From Neocallimastix sp. 'constans' (Eukaryota), in NCBI GenBank assembly GCA_050613775.1, contig JBODTK010000120.1, forward strand, positions 1-64,000: DNA of 64,000 nt. The letters run 5' to 3'. This document shows positions 61,066 through 64,000 of the stretch, piece after piece. The notes beneath the pieces are model-generated. The model saw only the letters and a program-made list of their open reading frames with translations. It made no database searches and was not told the origin of the DNA. Both the position numbers and the translations under genes were made by a program. How positions within the stretch are numbered: the stretch's first letter is position 1; the number at the start of each line of letters is the position of its first letter.

Positions 61066-61080
61066 TATCCAGAATGTTCC
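61066..61080. promoter_or_regulatory. Candidate heat-shock element upstream of STI1
   Basis: tATCcaGAAtgTTCc matches nTTCnnGAAnnTTCn with one mismatch, ~0.9 kb upstream of the STI1 start. Confidence 0.35.
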
Positions 61081-61145
61081 ACTATTAAATGATATGATAG
61101 GATATGTACAATATGGTCTGTTATTTATCTTTTTTTACTTCTATT

Positions 61146-61185
<40 letters not shown>

Positions 61186-62685
61186 TTAAATTATTCAATT
61201 ATTCAATTATTTATTATTTATTATTTATTATTTATTTATTATTATTTATTTATTATTTATTATTTATTATTTATTATTCTATTATTTATTATTTATTATT
61301 TATTATTTATTATTCAATTATTTATTATTTATTATTTAATTATTTATTTTTTATTTTTTATTAATAAATACTCTTTTTATTTATTTATTATTCTATTATT
61401 CTATTATTGTTAATATTATTGATTTTACACTGATCAATAATTCTTCCTCGATTTTACTTTTTGCTCTTATTGATTATAATTTTATACATATAGAAAAAAT
61501 AAATTAAATATACACTTTTAAACAAAAAATTAAAAAATAATTAATAATAAAAATAAAAATAACATTACACAGAACATACGTTAACTTATAAAAATAAATA
61601 ATAAAATAATAAAATATAAAATATAAAATATATTTTTTTATATATATTAAAATAATTTATTTAATTGATTTATTTTATTTTTATTATTATTTTTTTTTAA
61701 AAAAAAAAAAAAAGATACATATAATTAAATATATAAATACTTTTAATTTATAAAATAAAAATTAAAAATAATAATAATAATAATAATTAAATAATTAAAT
61801 AAAAAAAATTAAAATAAAACAACTATTTTAAATTATAATAAAAGATATAAACTATAAAAAAAATTTTTTTTTGAGGGGAAACTACGCAAGATTTTAAAAT
61901 TTTAATAGCAAAAAAAACTATTAACTATGAAAATATTTTGTTTTGCTTTTGAAAATAAAAAAAGAAAAGAAAAAGAAAGAAAAAGGAAAAAAATAATAAT
62001 ATCATTTATTTTTATAATTATTTTAATTTTCATATAAAATTAAAAATTATATATATATGAATAATTACAAAATAATATATTATTTTTTTTTTCTTTTATT
62101 ATTATAATTATTATTAATATTATTATTCCATTCTAAATAGAAATAATATATATATTAATAATAAAAATTAATAATCATAATATACTTATATTATAATCTT
62201 TTTTATTATTATTATATAGGTATTTTTTCTTTTTTACTTTTTTTTTTTCGTTAAATGATAATACAAAACTTTCATAAGAAAAAAAAAAAAATAAAAATAA
62301 AGTTCTTTTTAATTTAATTTAATAATTTAAAAAAAAATTTTGTTAACATACTCTTTTTTTTTTTTTTTTTTTTTTTAATTCTTTTCCTTCTAATATATAT
62401 ATAAACAAAATAATAAATGATGTATATTTAAATGAGTATAAAAGATTAATTAAATTAATGCGTAAAAGAGAAGACATCGCATTTGTGGTGCGAGTCTTTG
62501 CGATTGATTTATTGAAAATATGTTTTACTATGTTTTGTTTTGATATGGTTTTAATTGTTTTGTTTTAATTTGTTTTGTTAGGGTTTAAGCTTTTTTTTTT
62601 TAAAAAAAATAATAATAATAATAATATGTATATATATTAATAAATAAATAATTAATTATAATAATAATAATTAAAGATGAAGACT

Positions 62686-62774
62686 TTATGAAGATATCGC
62701 TTTATTACATAATTCAATAATATTTTTAATATCTTCAGCAGCCATAGCAATGGTATAAGTTTTATTTATTGTAA

Positions 62775-62812
<38 letters not shown>

Positions 62813-64000
62813 GTTGTAGTAGTTTTTGTAGTGGTAACATTAGCTGTAGTAGTAGAAATTGAACCACTATTATTGATATTACCGATGTTAGCTTCATTCA
62901 ATACACTATTAGTATTAATTGAAAACTTTTTGTTTTCATTTTTATTATCATTTTCTTTCTTTTCAATTTCATTCTTTGATTTATCAAACTCATTAGTATT
63001 ATTTTCATTAGTCATTTTAGACTCCTTAATTTCTTCTTTTCCTTCTTTCTTAATTTCTTTTGGTGGATCAATCATTGAATTATTATTAGTCTTATTCTCA
63101 ATAGTCATAGTGTTACTATTAGCTTTGCTGATTGGCTTTTTAACATCGGTAGCTAATTTCTTTTTATTATCAATATTAGACAAGGTAGGATTAGCATTAG
63201 TATTTACTTGACCCTTAACATTTTTAGTATTATTTCTTTTAACGGTAGAATTTGTTTTAGTACGATTAATTCCATTGGTACCTTTATTTAAATTGACTGT
63301 ATTAGAACCAATTTTACTTTTATTCCTATTAATATTATTATTATTATTACCCTTTGCTGGTGAATTACTATTTATATTTCTATTACTATTTCTAATTGAA
63401 TTTCCCTGTTGTGTTGTTTTAGTTTTTGAAAGATTACTATTTACTCTAGAATTAACCATTGTACCATTCTTAGTTAATCTAGCACCAGTTCTAACGTTAT
63501 TACGAATTCCTGGTTTTGCTGAAACCTTATTGTTGTTACTGTTATTATTTTTACTATTATTGTTACTTTCAATATTAGCAACCATGTTTTTCACATTAAT
63601 TTGGGACTTCTTTGTTCTTTCAGTTCTATCTGTTGCTTTTCTAACTTCAATATTTTTCTTTGTTTTATTACTAGATTCATTCAAATTTTCCTTTAATTTA
63701 TTAATTTTCTTATTATTCTTATTTTTATTATTATCATTATTATTATTCTTACTCTTATTAGTACTATTATCATTTGTATTATTATTATTCTTACTCTTAT
63801 TAGTACTATTATCATTTGTATTATTATTATTCTTACTCTTATTAGTACTATTATCCTTTGTATTATTAATATTCTTACTCTTATTATTATTATTGTCATT
63901 TGTATTATTATTATTCTTACTCTTATTAGTACTATTGTCATTTATATTATTATTATTCTTACTCTTATTAGTACTATTGTCATTTGTATTATTATTATTC
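62686..64000 (-). CDS. 3' part of an unknown low-complexity (N/K/T/S-rich) protein; frame open to the window edge
   Basis: The frame continues upstream of the track start through the TNDNSTNKSKNNN repeats and ends ...AMAAEDIKNIIELCNKAISS*. Confidence 0.6.
63715..64000 (-). repeat. 39-bp coding tandem repeat (13 aa, ~7 copies, runs off the window)
   Basis: + strand unit ATTATTATTCTTACTCTTATTAGTACTATT(A/G)TCATTTGT. Confidence 0.85.

Noticed and set aside
62577..62586. TTAGGGTTT telomere-like motif
   Set aside because: Single copy with no array.

Overview
Extremely AT-rich, intron-rich eukaryotic DNA. Composition, long (ATT)n/poly-A tracts and gene content suggest an anaerobic gut fungus (Neocallimastigomycota); this is an inference, not a database result. 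Most short ORFs in the track are low-complexity artefacts, so genes were rebuilt by hand from GT-AG splice sites. In order: the 3' end of an Mdm1/SNX13-type sorting nexin, an Alba-fold-like protein, a Lag1/Lac1 ceramide synthase, TAF12, a microexon-split putative transcription factor, a DNAJC11 homologue, a Tfc7-N-like histidine phosphatase, STI1/HOP and a partial low-complexity gene. Between about 37.2 and 57.3 kb lies a ~20 kb tract with no intact host gene. It holds satellites, an intronless maltose/galactoside O-acetyltransferase pseudogene, a foldback/MITE-like palindrome and a same-strand stack of four APE-type LINE pieces; one is nested with a 14-bp TSD and one still has an open EN-RT-CCHC frame. 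The best novelty candidate is the gene at 20065-24357. Its N-terminal domain resembles an HTH-like module seen in phage and bacterial proteins, is split by 5-, 24- and 14-nt microexons, and is fused to a long Asn/Ser/Gln-rich tail.
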